Assembly: GCA_051362555.1 (NCBI GenBank) | Contig: CM120641.1 | Coordinates: forward strand, 31,564,401-31,628,400 | Length of the DNA stretch: 64,000 nucleotides | From: Lingula anatina | Lineage: Eukaryota > Animalia > Brachiopoda | Direction: 5' to 3' | Shown: piece after piece, positions 12,401 to 23,799 of the stretch | Position numbering within the stretch: the first letter of the stretch is position 1 | Layout: each line of letters starts with the position of its first letter | The notes under the pieces: model-generated | The model's database searches: none | What the model was told of the DNA's origin: nothing | Seen by the model: only the letters and a program-made list of their open reading frames with translations | Translations under genes and position numbers: made by a program

Positions 12401-15167
12401 ATTGTTGTTAAGTATGATTTGTACAAATTTCACAAATATTGGACGAGATTTGTTAAAATTATTAATATTTAACTATTTTAAGCCATGGAATTTGGCAGTC
12501 TTTTCAAAGTCATTTTCAGTTTTCTCCAATGCATATGCTCTGAAAAATCTTTTTCATGAAACATAGTCATGTGATGAGCTTATCACAGATTTTTAATGCT
12601 TTTTTGCATTATCTGTCCAAATTTCACAAATATTGGACAAGATTTGTGAAAATTATTAATGTTTAACTATTTTAAGGCACCGCATTTGGCAGTCTTTTCA
12701 ATGTCATTTTCAGTTTTCTCAAATTCATATGCTCTGAAAAAATCTTTTTAATTGGACATTGTCAACTATTGTACTTTTCACAGATTTTTATTGATGTTAA
12801 GCTTGATCTGTACAAATTTCACAAATATTTGACAAGATTTTTCAAATTTCTTAATATTTAACTCTTTTATGCCATGGAATTTGCCGGTCTTTTCAATGTA
12901 ATTTTCAGTTTTCTCCAAATTCATATGCTTTGAAAAAATCTTTTCCATGAGAAACAGTCAACTGTTGTACTTTTCACAGATTTTTATTGCTGTTATGCAT
13001 CATCTGTCCAAATTACACAAATATTGGACAAGATTTGTGAAAATTATTAACGTTTAACTATTTCATGGCACCTCATTTGGCAGTCTTTTCAATGTCATTT
13101 TCAGTTTTCTCAAATTTATATGTTCTGAAAAAATCTTTTTCATTGGACATTGTCATCTGTTGTGCTTTTCACAGATTTTTATTGTTGTTAAGTATGATTT
13201 GTACAAATTTCACAAATATTGGACGAGATTTGTTAGAATTATTAATATTTAACTATTTTAAGGCACCGCATTTGGCAGTCTTTTCAATGTCATTTTCAGT
13301 TTTCTCCAAATTCATATGCTCTGAAAAAGTCTTTTCCATGAGAAACAGTCAACTGATGAGCTTATCACAGATTTTTATTGCTGTTATGCATCATCTGTCC
13401 AAATTACACAAATATTGGACAAGATTTGTGAAAATTATTAATGTTTAACTATTTTAATCCATGGAATTTGGCAGTCTTTTCAATGTCATTTTCGGTTTTG
13501 TCAAATTTATATGTTCTGAAAAAGTCTTTTTCATTGGACATTGTCAACTGTTGTGCTTTTCATAGATTTTTATTGTTGTTAAGTATGATTTGTACAAATT
13601 TCACCAATATTGGACGAGATTTGTCAAAGTTATTAACGTTTAACTATTTTATGCCATGGAATTTGACAGTCTTTTTAATTTAATTTTCATTTTTCTCCAA
13701 TTCATGTGCTCTGAATAAATCTTTTCAATGAGACACAGTCAAGTGATGAGCTTGCACCTTATTTGGCAGTCTTTTCAATGTCATTTTCAGTTTTGTCAAA
13801 TTTATATGTTCTGAGAAGGTCTTTTTCATTCGACATTGTCAACTGTTGTGCTTTTCACAGATTTTTTTTTTTTTGTTGTTAAGTATGATTTGTACAAATT
13901 TCACAAATATTGGACGAGATTTGTCAATATTATCAACGTTTAACTATTTGAATCATGGAATTTGGAAGTCTTTTTAATGTAATTTTTAGTTTTCTCTAAT
14001 TTATATGTACTGAAAATATCCTTTTTATAAGACACAGTCAACTGTTGAGGTTAACTTTATCAAAATAATTAATGTTTAACTATTTTAGTCTGTGAAATTT
14101 GTCTATTTTTAAAATTTAATTTTCACTTTTTTCAAATTTATTGTTCTTTTTCCAGATGACCTTTTCCATACAGTGTGGTGGCCTTTTTGGTGAACTGATT
14201 CTTCCTGTCTGGTCATGGCTAATTCCTATAGAAAAAACAGGCAGCAATAGACAACAGCAAGAGCAATGGTCTGTCTCATCCACGTGTACAATAGATGGTA
14301 TGTGACAAGCTTTTAGACATTGTGAAATGGTGTGCTAAACTCCAATTCCAGAAATTGATTGTAAGGAGGAATCTGCATCTGCTATTGGTAGTTAGGAGAA
14401 GTCTTGAATGGGTATATATTGTTTTCCAGAGTACAGTTATGGGTAATTTGTCACCTCTTACACAAACAAACTCAAATCATAACATTTGATGTTTAATATG
14501 AGGCTAATTAGATGTTGTGAAATTGAAAAAAAAATGTTTTCGATTAATTCTCAGTCTTCTCCTACAAATTGTCAATAGGCTACACTTCTATTACACACAG
14601 TCAGCTGATGAGCTTATAACAGATTTTTATTGATGTTAAGCATAATTTGTACAAATTTCACAAATATTTGACAAGATTTTTCAAATTTCTTAATATTTAA
14701 CTCTTTTATGCCATGAAATTTGCCGGTCTTTTCAATGTAATTTTGAGTTTTCTCCAAATTCATATGCTCTGAAAAAATCTTTTCCATGAGACACAGTCAA
14801 CTGATGAGCTTATCACAGATTTTTATTGCTGTTATGCATCATCTGTCCAAATTACACAAATATTGGACAAGATTTGTGAAAATTATTAATGTTTAACTAT
14901 TTTAATCCATGGAATTTGGCAGTCTTTTCAATGTCATTTTCGGTTTTGTCAAATTTATATGTTCTGAAAAAGTCTTTTTCATTGGACATTGTCAACTGTT
15001 GTGCTTTTCACAGATTTTTATTGTTGTTAAGTATGACTGTACAAATTTCACCAATATTGGACGAGATTTGTCAAAATTATTAACGTTTAACTATTTGAAT
15101 CATGGAATTTGGAAGTCTTAATGTAATTTTTAGTTTTCTAATTTATAAATTCTGAAAATATCTTTTT

Positions 15168-15715
15168 ATGTACAGACACAGATGTGTCTGTACATATTGC
15201 CATCACCTGCGTCTGTCGTCGCCATCGTCGCCGTGCACTTTCCTTGTAAACACGATAAGTGGAAGGCAGTTTTACTTTTGTGCTTTATATTTACAGAGCT
15301 GATGAATATTCATAAAACGCAGGTCAAGTTCGAAAATCAGCATGATCGGGCCATTATTGTAGAAGTTATGCTGTTTTTTCACTTTTCAGCATATATACAA
15401 CACTGTAAACACATTTCAAGAAAAACCGATAGGCCTGTTGTCATGAAACTCACAGGAGTAATCAATCTTACTAAAACGCAGGTCAAGTTCGAAAATCGGC
15501 ATGATCGGGCCACTATTTTAGTAGTAATGCTTTTTTTTTCACTTTTCAGCATATATGCAACACTGTAAACACAATATAAGAAAAACAGATAGGCGAATTG
15601 TCATTAAACTCACAGGAGTGGTTAATCCTGCTAAAACGCAGGTTGAGTTAAAAAATCAGCATAATCAGGCAATTATTTTAGAAGTTATGCTGTTTTTTCA
15701 CATTTCCTCAGATTT
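15168..15715 (+). mobile_element. Truncated non-autonomous Helentron-associated (HINE/DINE-like) element with ~160-bp internal tandem repeats
   Basis: Starts after a T-run with hairpin atgtacagacac-agat-gtgtctgtacat, then a short (gtc/gcc) microsatellite, then three ~160-bp repeats (taaaacgcaggt at ~15313, 15472, 15633). Confidence 0.6.
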
Positions 15716-17147
15716 AATTCTTAGGCATGTTAACAGTTTCATTATTTAATTCATAAGATATGTAAAAGTGTTTGTTTGACATTTCCTGCATCTTTACAAC
15801 ATTGTTAGTTGATTATGTAAAAATGATGGTAAACTTGTTATCGTGTATTATGTAATAAAGTTTCAAAAATGGAAATAAACTCATATCATTGCAGTTGGTC
15901 AGATTCAATCATTCACTATGTTCAGAATCTCAGAATGGAAGAAATTGGACATTTAACACTGCTCTATTAATATTTTTCCCATCTCATCAATTTTCTTAGT
16001 TGATCATATAAAAACAGTAGTAAACTGTTAATTTTGTTTTATGTTAGAAATTGTTAAAACTGGAAAATAAAAACATTTCAGAACATTGCTGTCTTGTTTA
16101 CATTTTGGCATTTTCAAGTTGTGACTTTGAAGTTCCATGGGCCTGAAGACCTTTGCTAGTCACATTTTCTGAATATCCATAATACTAATATTTTATTATT
16201 ACTTACAGACTTACGGACATGCCTGGCAAATTTCGTCTCGGTCCGATAAAAAATCCTGTATCGTCGGACCTTATGTCCGGCGAGTTTTCAAACTGACTGG
16301 GAATGTGTAAATATAAGGAATACGTTGTTGTTTCTTTTCTGAACGATATATTTTACTTCATTCGAAAAGAGAGACGGGGTGAAAATCTCGGGGAGTTCCC
16401 AGCTAATTTTACATAATTTATTAACCTCAGTTTCACTCACAAATACTATTTTGTGACTGGCTGAGGTTGGGGAATTCCTGAATGATGAGTTGAATGATGT
16501 AATGTACAGTCTCGTTTTTGTTTTCGTAATACCCTACACAACAAAATGGCCGCAACACATGTGCTCGTTATTTGCGTTTTTACAGACTTGATCCTCTGTT
16601 TCTTCATTATCAGTCGTACACAGTACTCATGGATACTCATCTAAGCCTTTTGCTTAGAAAATGACGTTGTTGAACTTTAAACACTTTGTTGGTGCAAAGC
16701 ATGGCAAAAATGAAAACGAAGTGAGGAAGAGAAACGGAAGTTTAATAAAATTGGAAAGAAGGTAGGCCCTGGTGGACTTATGATCTGTAGGAGAGGAAAA
16801 TAGTGTGTGCCGAGTGTCAGGAGTACTAAAGTTATCATTTTGATCAATAGCAACATAAATGTTACTTTTTTTTTTTTTTTTTTTAACATCTTTATTCTCA
16901 AGAGGGTTAAATATTGATACAGTATAAATAAAGGTGGCAATTCGCCTAGGCATTATATGCTCACCTTTGGAATTTAATAATAATAATAATAATAATAATA
17001 TTCAAGGAAAGGCAGTGACGAGAACATGAGTAGCATTAGAGGGGAGTGAGGGACAGGGCATGGGGGGGGGGGGAGGTAATTATGGGGGGAGGGGCAATAG
17101 GCCATCAGGAGTGAGTGGTAGGCGCCAGAACAGAAATGGAAGAAGAT

Positions 17148-20100
17148 TCAGACATTTTTAATTAAGAAATCAGACACTATTTCGAAAATTTTGTCGTTTT
17201 GTCCAGATGTTAGTGTTTTATGGCCATGTAGGAAGAGGGATATCTTATCTAGTTGGGTTCTGAAATATGAGTAAGTTACACCAAGTGTATCTTCAACAGA
17301 TTCGTAGAGATCGCGATATTTCCTCTGTTTCAGTGGGCATTGAAAGAAAAAATGTCGGATGGTTTCGGGTTTCCCACATAAACAGTTGGGAGAAGCCATA
17401 GCTGTCCAGTTGTGGTCATATAGTTGGGCTCTAAATAACAAATCGACCCGGGCCTTATTTAGGATTTTTTCATTTTGTCTCGGAAGCTTCAGATGGGTGG
17501 TGGACATTGTTGCTGGGAAGGTTTCATTTCTAAGGTTATATTTGAGGGAGGATGCAGAAGGAAGATTTTTTTGAGTGGTATTTAGTTCATCCCAGCTTGT
17601 CATCAAAAAATGTTCAGGACCTTTGTATGTAAATTTAGAGGGAATAATGTAGTCTCTTTTAGATGTTGTTCGTAGGGGTAGCATGGATTTATTTCTAAAC
17701 GGGATGAAATAGGTAGAGACATAGGAAGGTGCTAGTTGATTGTGGATATTGAACATGATTTTTTTTGCGTGGTTTCTTCGACGTTCCTCTAGTGAAACCC
17801 AGTTCAGCTGTTTCAGTACTTTACAGCGATTTGAGCCAGGAAGGGCCCCCAGTATATTAAGGCCAGCTTGATACTGGAGGGAGGATAGCTTTGATAGGTT
17901 ATGTAGAGACGCAGAGCTATAGAGAACATCGCAATAATCAAGCAAAGGAGAAATGTACGCATTATAAAGTATGTTAAGATGCTTAGATCGTAGAGTTTTA
18001 AAAAGCGATTTTAAAGGATTTAGTGCACTTTGCGCCTTGCTTAAAGTATATATAATATGCTCGGAACAGTCAAGTTTATGATCAAGAATAAACCCAAGGT
18101 GTTTGTGGTATTTTTCCTGTGATATAGCCGTGTTGCATAGAATAAGTGGACTGTACTTTTCTACATTTTCTTTTTTCGTAGTAAAAATCACTTCATTGCA
18201 CTTTTTGGGTTTAAAAAATAATTTCCACTTCACTGACCATGCTTCAAGGTATGAGATATCAGACTGGAGAATATCATGAGCTTTCCTGTTCTCCGGGGTA
18301 GACGGGAAAAAGATCGAAGTGTCATCAGCATATATAAAGCAGTGCGAGATAAGACCGTCAGGTAGGTCGTTAATATACAGAAGAAATAGAAGCGGGCCGA
18401 GTATACTTCCTTGCGGAACACTGGTATTGATGAAGTTTGTCTCTGAGACCTTTGAAAGGGTACCGTTTATGCGAACTCTGATTTTCCTATTGCTCAGATA
18501 AGAGGCCAAGAGAGAGTGCAGTTTACCTCTAAAACCATAGGATATAAGTTTCAGCAATAGGAGACTGTGAGGTACGCTGTCAAATGCGGCAGCAAAATCG
18601 AGGAAAATACCTCTAGTATCAAGACCATTTCTGAAATTGTCCCTAATCAGATTATCAATCGATAGCAATTGATATTCTGTGCTGTGTCCACTCAGGAAAC
18701 CCGATTGTCTGTCATAGAGAAGTTTATTGTCCATAACATGCCTAATCATTCTCGTATATATGATCCGCTCTAGGACCTTAGATATAACGCTTAACAATGA
18801 GATAGGTCTATAGTTTTCTATGTCAGTTTTGCTGCCTTTTTTGTGCACTGGGCATATATATGCCTCTTTCCATATGTCTGGAAAGACGCCGGTTTGCAGT
18901 ATCAAGTTAAAGAGGGTGCATAGCGGATAAGCAATGGAAATACTGCATAATTTTAACATCATTACTGTTATACCGTCTGGTCCGTTAGCCTTGGATGAGT
19001 CCAGGCTATTTATTATACAGCTTATTTCTTCGGGTGTTGTGTCGAGGTCGGTTAAAATAGCATCTGTTCTTTGTGGGAAAGCGATATTTGTATCACAGGT
19101 TAGATTATCAGAATGGTAGCTTTTGCCAAAGTGATTTAGGAAGACCTCAGCTTTTTCTTCGTCAGAATTAGCAATATTACCGGTATTTACATTTCCAATC
19201 ACCGGTGTTGACCGATTGAATTTATTACCCATAAGTTTTTTCAGTGTCGGCCAATAGTGTTTCTTACTATCTGTTTTAGCTTCAAGTGATTCGATTAGGC
19301 TTTTATAATAAGAGTTTTTAGTTTCAGATATTAACTGCTTCACCAGGTTACTTTGGGCAACATAGCTTGCGATGTTTACTTGCGACGGGTTCAGTTTTAT
19401 ACTTTGGTATTATTTTCTCTTTCTATTTAATTCATGTGCAATTTTGTCATTGTACCATGGGTTCTCATTTCCACGTACTTTACTATGTTTTCTTGGGATA
19501 TGTTTTTCAAATATGGACATAAGAGTATCGATAAATTTTTTAGTCAGCAGGTGGACATCGGACTCGATTTTAAACATGCCGTCCCAGTCGAACTGAGTTA
19601 TTTCGGTTTTTAGCCCTTCAAGGTTTGCATGGTCGTACTTCCATATAGTTCTATAGTAAGGTGAATGCTTACAGAGAGTTATGTCTATGGAGGTCACTAA
19701 TGTAGCATGGTCTGTGCGTCCAATCGGTGCTTCCACAGAAGATCTTAGTACCAGGCCGGGAATGTCAGTCACAGTCAGGTCAATACATGAAACAGAGCTT
19801 CCTTGAATTCGGGTTGGCTCATTTATTAACTGGTCAAGGCTATGTTCGCAAAATATGTCGCTTAACATTCGACCTGGCACGTCATCACCTCCCTCCAGAA
19901 ACCATTGTCTGTTATGAGCATTAAAATCGCCATTTATTATGATTCCGTCATGCCGAGATCGTCTTGTTTTCTCAAGGCATTCGGATAGAAGGGACATAAA
20001 AATGTTCCTCTGTTGGGCTGATTGATTAGGAGATCTGTAGAATACACCGTAAAGAAGAGTTTTATGCTTCACTCGCAGCTCCACCCAAAGGCAGTCCAGA

Positions 20101-20570
20101 CCATCTAATTGAAGATCAGTTCGTTCTTTATACATTATATCATCGCATATATACAAGATAAGCCCTCGGCCATTATTAGAAAATACGGGTACTTGAAAGC
20201 CTTCAATATTATACTTTTCACTCCGAGCTATTCGACAGATATTTCCTGCTTCGCAAAGCCCAACTACGTCAACTTTAGCATTTTTAATTCTTATTTTAAG
20301 GCTCTCGAGGCGTTCATCAGCATCCGCGCCAAGACTCCTTATGTTTGAGAAAAGTATGGTAAGGGGGATCGAGTGCGGCCCTGGGTTGGGGTGGACATCT
20401 CCAGATAGTAGAATGATCTCAAGCATGATAATAATTACTAGGAACAGAATCACTTTTGGTATCAAGTGAAGTGTGACTGGTGTCAGTTTGCATGATCCAG
20501 ACGATAGCTTATGTATAACACAATAAAAATGGCCAATTGCGACCCTCCACTGACCTAAACTAATCCCCAT
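17148..20570 (-). CDS. LINE ORF2: leader + 2A-like motif, AP endonuclease, reverse transcriptase, C-terminal CCHC knuckle; one in-frame TAA at 19410-19412
   Basis: APE motifs (NIRSL, YRSP, GDFNAH, CIDL, TDH), RT motifs (NYRPISLL, LDFAAAFDSV, PQGSILGP, YADD), CLCGKPETIRHFFFQC. The two listed ORFs are in the same frame, and the 22 codons after the stop are open. Confidence 0.93.
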
Positions 20571-21197
20571 TCATGTGAATGATCATCAAGTACCCCCGTC
20601 CCCAGCCATGCCCCCGCCTTAGTCCTCTAAGGCTATATTTAGGAAAACAAGACTTCAAAAAGTTAAAGAACATGATTAAATGAGAAAGAACAAAACAGAG
20701 TAGATAATGCACTTGACAGGTCGTATAGTGTAGATTGAGATAGTACGGTGGAAAGAAAAGGCAAAGTTTGGGATGGCTTCGGAGTTAAATACGGCTGTAA
20801 GTTTTCTACCAGTCTCCATTAGAAAGGTCGTTGATGTGCAAGGCTTGCATGTGCTAACTTATGTCATCTAGGCCAGTTATTGATTACTATTTCGTCCATC
20901 ATACAACAGTTAATGGTCATCAGAAGTTGATATCAGTAAGTCATCCATTAATCATTTGGTATCTCGTCACTATGAGCCAAGTACCGTGTAATTGAATTAA
21001 CATTTTTCTAGATTACACACCAGCTTAATAATGCATTTATCAATTGATTAATAGAGACATGACTCTAAAACATACGTAAAGTCATACTAAAGCTCATCGA
21101 GGATAATCACCAATAAATATTTAGTCAGTTACACCTCAGATTAAAATTTTGTATTTTCTGACTGGCTATATAGAGAGACAACTCCATAGCTATTTTG

Positions 21198-21383
21198 TCC
21201 ATGTGGTAACAGGATAACCGATCAGCCGTATAGATGTTTACATACTTGGCTAAAAGGATGTGATATAGGTGACTAACTTGGCTGTTCTTCTCCATGTGGT
21301 AACAGGATAACCGATCAGCCGTATAGATGTTTACATACTTGGCTAAAAGGATGTGATATAGCTGACTAACTTGGCTGTTCTTC
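21198..21383. repeat. 93-bp tandem duplication in the LINE inter-ORF spacer
   Basis: tccatgtggtaacagg...ggctgttcttc at 21198 and 21291, with one visible mismatch. Confidence 0.95.
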
Positions 21384-21476
21384 AGTGACAAATGGAAGCA
21401 CACAAGCTTGACTAAGTAATGATGCTGTATAGCTAGACTGTTGCACGGAAAGCACACAAAACTATACGACGGCTAC

Positions 21477-22448
21477 TCACACCACTTGATTGCGTGGTTT
21501 ACGAGTTACGGGTGGTTTGGCAGGGGCATTTTCCATATCGGTGATAATATTGTCAATGTCGTCAGTTACTTGGAAGACACGAATGACTCCGTTTTTGGTT
21601 TTTCCAAGAATTTTCCCTTTGTCTGACCAGCAATTAGAGATCGAACCGTGATCCGCCAGTCTTCTTAAAAGACCACGATTCATTGGGCTTAAATCTTCAT
21701 AGACACGGATCCCGGTCCCTTTCATCAGAAATCTATTTCCAATAAAGTCATCACGGACAGCTTTAGACTTCAGCCTAATTATAATTTGGCTCTGATCTGA
21801 CCTCTTGTGTTGAGGTAGCCTATGCCCCGTTTCTATATCATCGCTGACAAGTTTTGGATGAATTGGTGTGTCAGATAAAGTTTTCACCAAGCTGGAGATG
21901 CAATGCTTCACATTGAAAGGCTCTTTTTTCTCCATTTCACTTATGGGGACCCCGGAAAATCTTAGCTGTAAGCGTCTCGAATACTGAGAGTTCTGGTTTG
22001 CAAGAAGTGTTACTTGATTTAGATCATCTCTCATTTTCAGATTTTCTGCTCGTAACAAGCTAAGTTCGTCCTGCAGCTCCACATTTATTTCGGCAAGCTC
22101 GGATTTGAGGGGAGCTATTTTAGATGTAATGGCCTCATTTATTGCTGCTCGAATTTTCACATCGACAGATTTCATTTTGTCGTCCAAATTTTTCTCGAAA
22201 TCAGTTAGCATGTCTTTCATACGTGATTGAAACTGGCTTAGAAAGTTAAGAAGATTCGGGTCGGAATCATTAGAAAAGGCATCAGAAGACACGATCCTAT
22301 TTTCAGGCGTATTTGGCCTACCTCTTTTACCCGGAGGCTGTACAGGGCTTGACTGGTCGTCGTCATCATATATTCCTCCATCTTGGATGTCAGTCCCAGT
22401 CCTCTGCCTGGTGCCCGTTAGGAAACTAGTAATAGCAGACTGTGCCAT
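21477..22448 (-). CDS. LINE ORF1 protein (coiled coil + L1-type RRM/CTD), 323 aa
   Basis: Heptad-rich segment followed by NSQYSRRLQLRFSGVP, HRLP, IIIRL, VYEDLS and WSDKGKI, typical of L1/CR1/Crack-type ORF1p. Lies 5' of ORF2 inside the TSDs. Confidence 0.88.
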   Translation of the reverse strand: MAQSAITSFLTGTRQRTGTDIQDGGIYDDDDQSSPVQPPGKRGRPNTPENRIVSSDAFSNDSDPNLLNFLSQFQSRMKDMLTDFEKNLDDKMKSVDVKIRAAINEAITSKIAPLKSELAEINVELQDELSLLRAENLKMRDDLNQVTLLANQNSQYSRRLQLRFSGVPISEMEKKEPFNVKHCISSLVKTLSDTPIHPKLVSDDIETGHRLPQHKRSDQSQIIIRLKSKAVRDDFIGNRFLMKGTGIRVYEDLSPMNRGLLRRLADHGSISNCWSDKGKILGKTKNGVIRVFQVTDDIDNIITDMENAPAKPPVTRKPRNQVV

Positions 22449-23799
22449 CTTTTGTTTACATCCACCTGCGCACAGACACTGCTAAGAGACTTTATAAGAT
22501 ATGTCGAGACCTCAAATTTCAATAAGCAGCAGCCAAACTAAAGAAAGACACTCTAACGTCCGAGCCTCCCTAATCTGTGACCATTACATCTCGTGACGTC
22601 ACACACCCAAAAAATGTTACTGCTTTATTACGGGTTCTTAAATTATGGAACACATGTACGTATTTGCATGTACCGTTCATCACGAGTTGGAGAAAGTGCA
22701 CATGAACTTGATGAAAGCTCACAGTTTGAGTTTCTTTTTATAAAAAAAAAAAAAAGAAATGAAATGAAGAAGGAACTTAGACTCGGACTGGACAGTCTCT
22801 GTCAAAGCTTCAATTGGATGAAAGAGACTGTCTTACTGTGCTGTTTCAAAATGCATATGTTATTGCCAAAAACAACGTGTGAAATGGTTATTTGATTAAC
22901 AGACGTTTTTATGGACATACATTTGATATTACTAGCTACACATTCTTCATACTTGTAATGCTTTTAGTCCTTGTGTCATTCCACAGCGTCTTTTTCATTA
23001 AATAAAAAAACTTGTTATGCAAGTAATTTTTTGCCTATTTTTTGTTGTTGTTGTTGTTTTTTTGTTTGTTTTTCTTTCTTATTTTACTTTTCTACAAATA
23101 AATATATATCAAAAAATTAATATTTGATTTAATGTCAATGATTTAAACATTATAAAATACACATGAGAACATGAATAATGGTTTATATTTCTATTTTTTT
23201 ACTTCGGTCTGACAGATTTTGTTTCGGTCTGACAAAATTTTCAGGCTTGTCAGACCGAATGTCTGACAGATTTTTTGGCTTTTCGTCTGTACTTACTGTT
23301 CTCAAACTTACAGGAAAGAAACATGGGACTAAAATACAGCTTCAGTAGGCAATGCAGTCTGTTTGGTAATTCTTACTGCCAGTTAAACGGTTTTTTTTGT
23401 AAAAATTTAATTTTTCACATATTGGCATTTTCAAGGTGTGACTTTGAAGTTCCACGGGCTTGAAGACCCATGCTGGTCACATTTCTGAAAATCCATGATA
23501 CGTATATTTTATTATTAAAAATTGATGGTCATTATGCTGTTAATCATTATGTAATATGGCATCAGAATAGAAGAAAACACAATTTTGGGTGCTGCTGCCA
23601 TGATGACCATTATGGGAAAACTATGTTACTTATGATTGCCAAACTTTCAAAAAAGAAATACAGGACTAAAATGCAGCCTGAGTTGGAAAAGCAGTCTAAT
23701 TGGCTTCTTTTTCTGGAAGTTATACATTTTCAAAGTGTGAACTTGTTACACATTTGACTTACGTTGGTATTACCTGTTGAGCATAATTGGATGAAAGAG

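Larger units (their letters stand above)
1..15167. repeat. ~195-bp satellite array with higher-order structure, interleaved with 8 copies of an exon-like cassette
   Basis: Recurring monomer (...ttaactatttt-ccatggaattt-cagtcttttcaatgt...ctgatgagcttatcacagattttt...aaatattggacaagatttgt). Near-identical periods of 1525 bp (6003/7528/9053) and 780 bp (11505/12285/13065 = 4 x 195). The array runs off the left edge of the window. Confidence 0.97.
16866..22611 (-). mobile_element. Full-length CR1-group LINE (ORF1 + APE-RT ORF2)
   Basis: Poly(A) tail (T-run 16866-16884) with AATAAA just inside. ~10-bp target duplication aaatgttact (16857-16866, 22612-22621). Two ORFs in canonical order. Confidence 0.95.
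16206..23289. mobile_element. Non-autonomous DNA transposon (~1.3 kb net, hAT-like) split by the LINE insertion
   Basis: Termini cagac...gtctg with 6-bp direct repeat tactta (16200-16205, 23290-23295). Related subterminal ggtcYga...tcRgacc hairpin blocks lie at both ends. Confidence 0.55.

Noticed and set aside
458-15121. Many 60-130 aa ORFs across the satellite
   Set aside because: They are translations of the repeat; frames and stops vary between copies and no domain is recognisable.
1-15167. CRISPR-like repeat/spacer array
   Set aside because: Units are ~195 bp and mutually homologous, there are no unique spacers or cas genes, and the context is eukaryotic.
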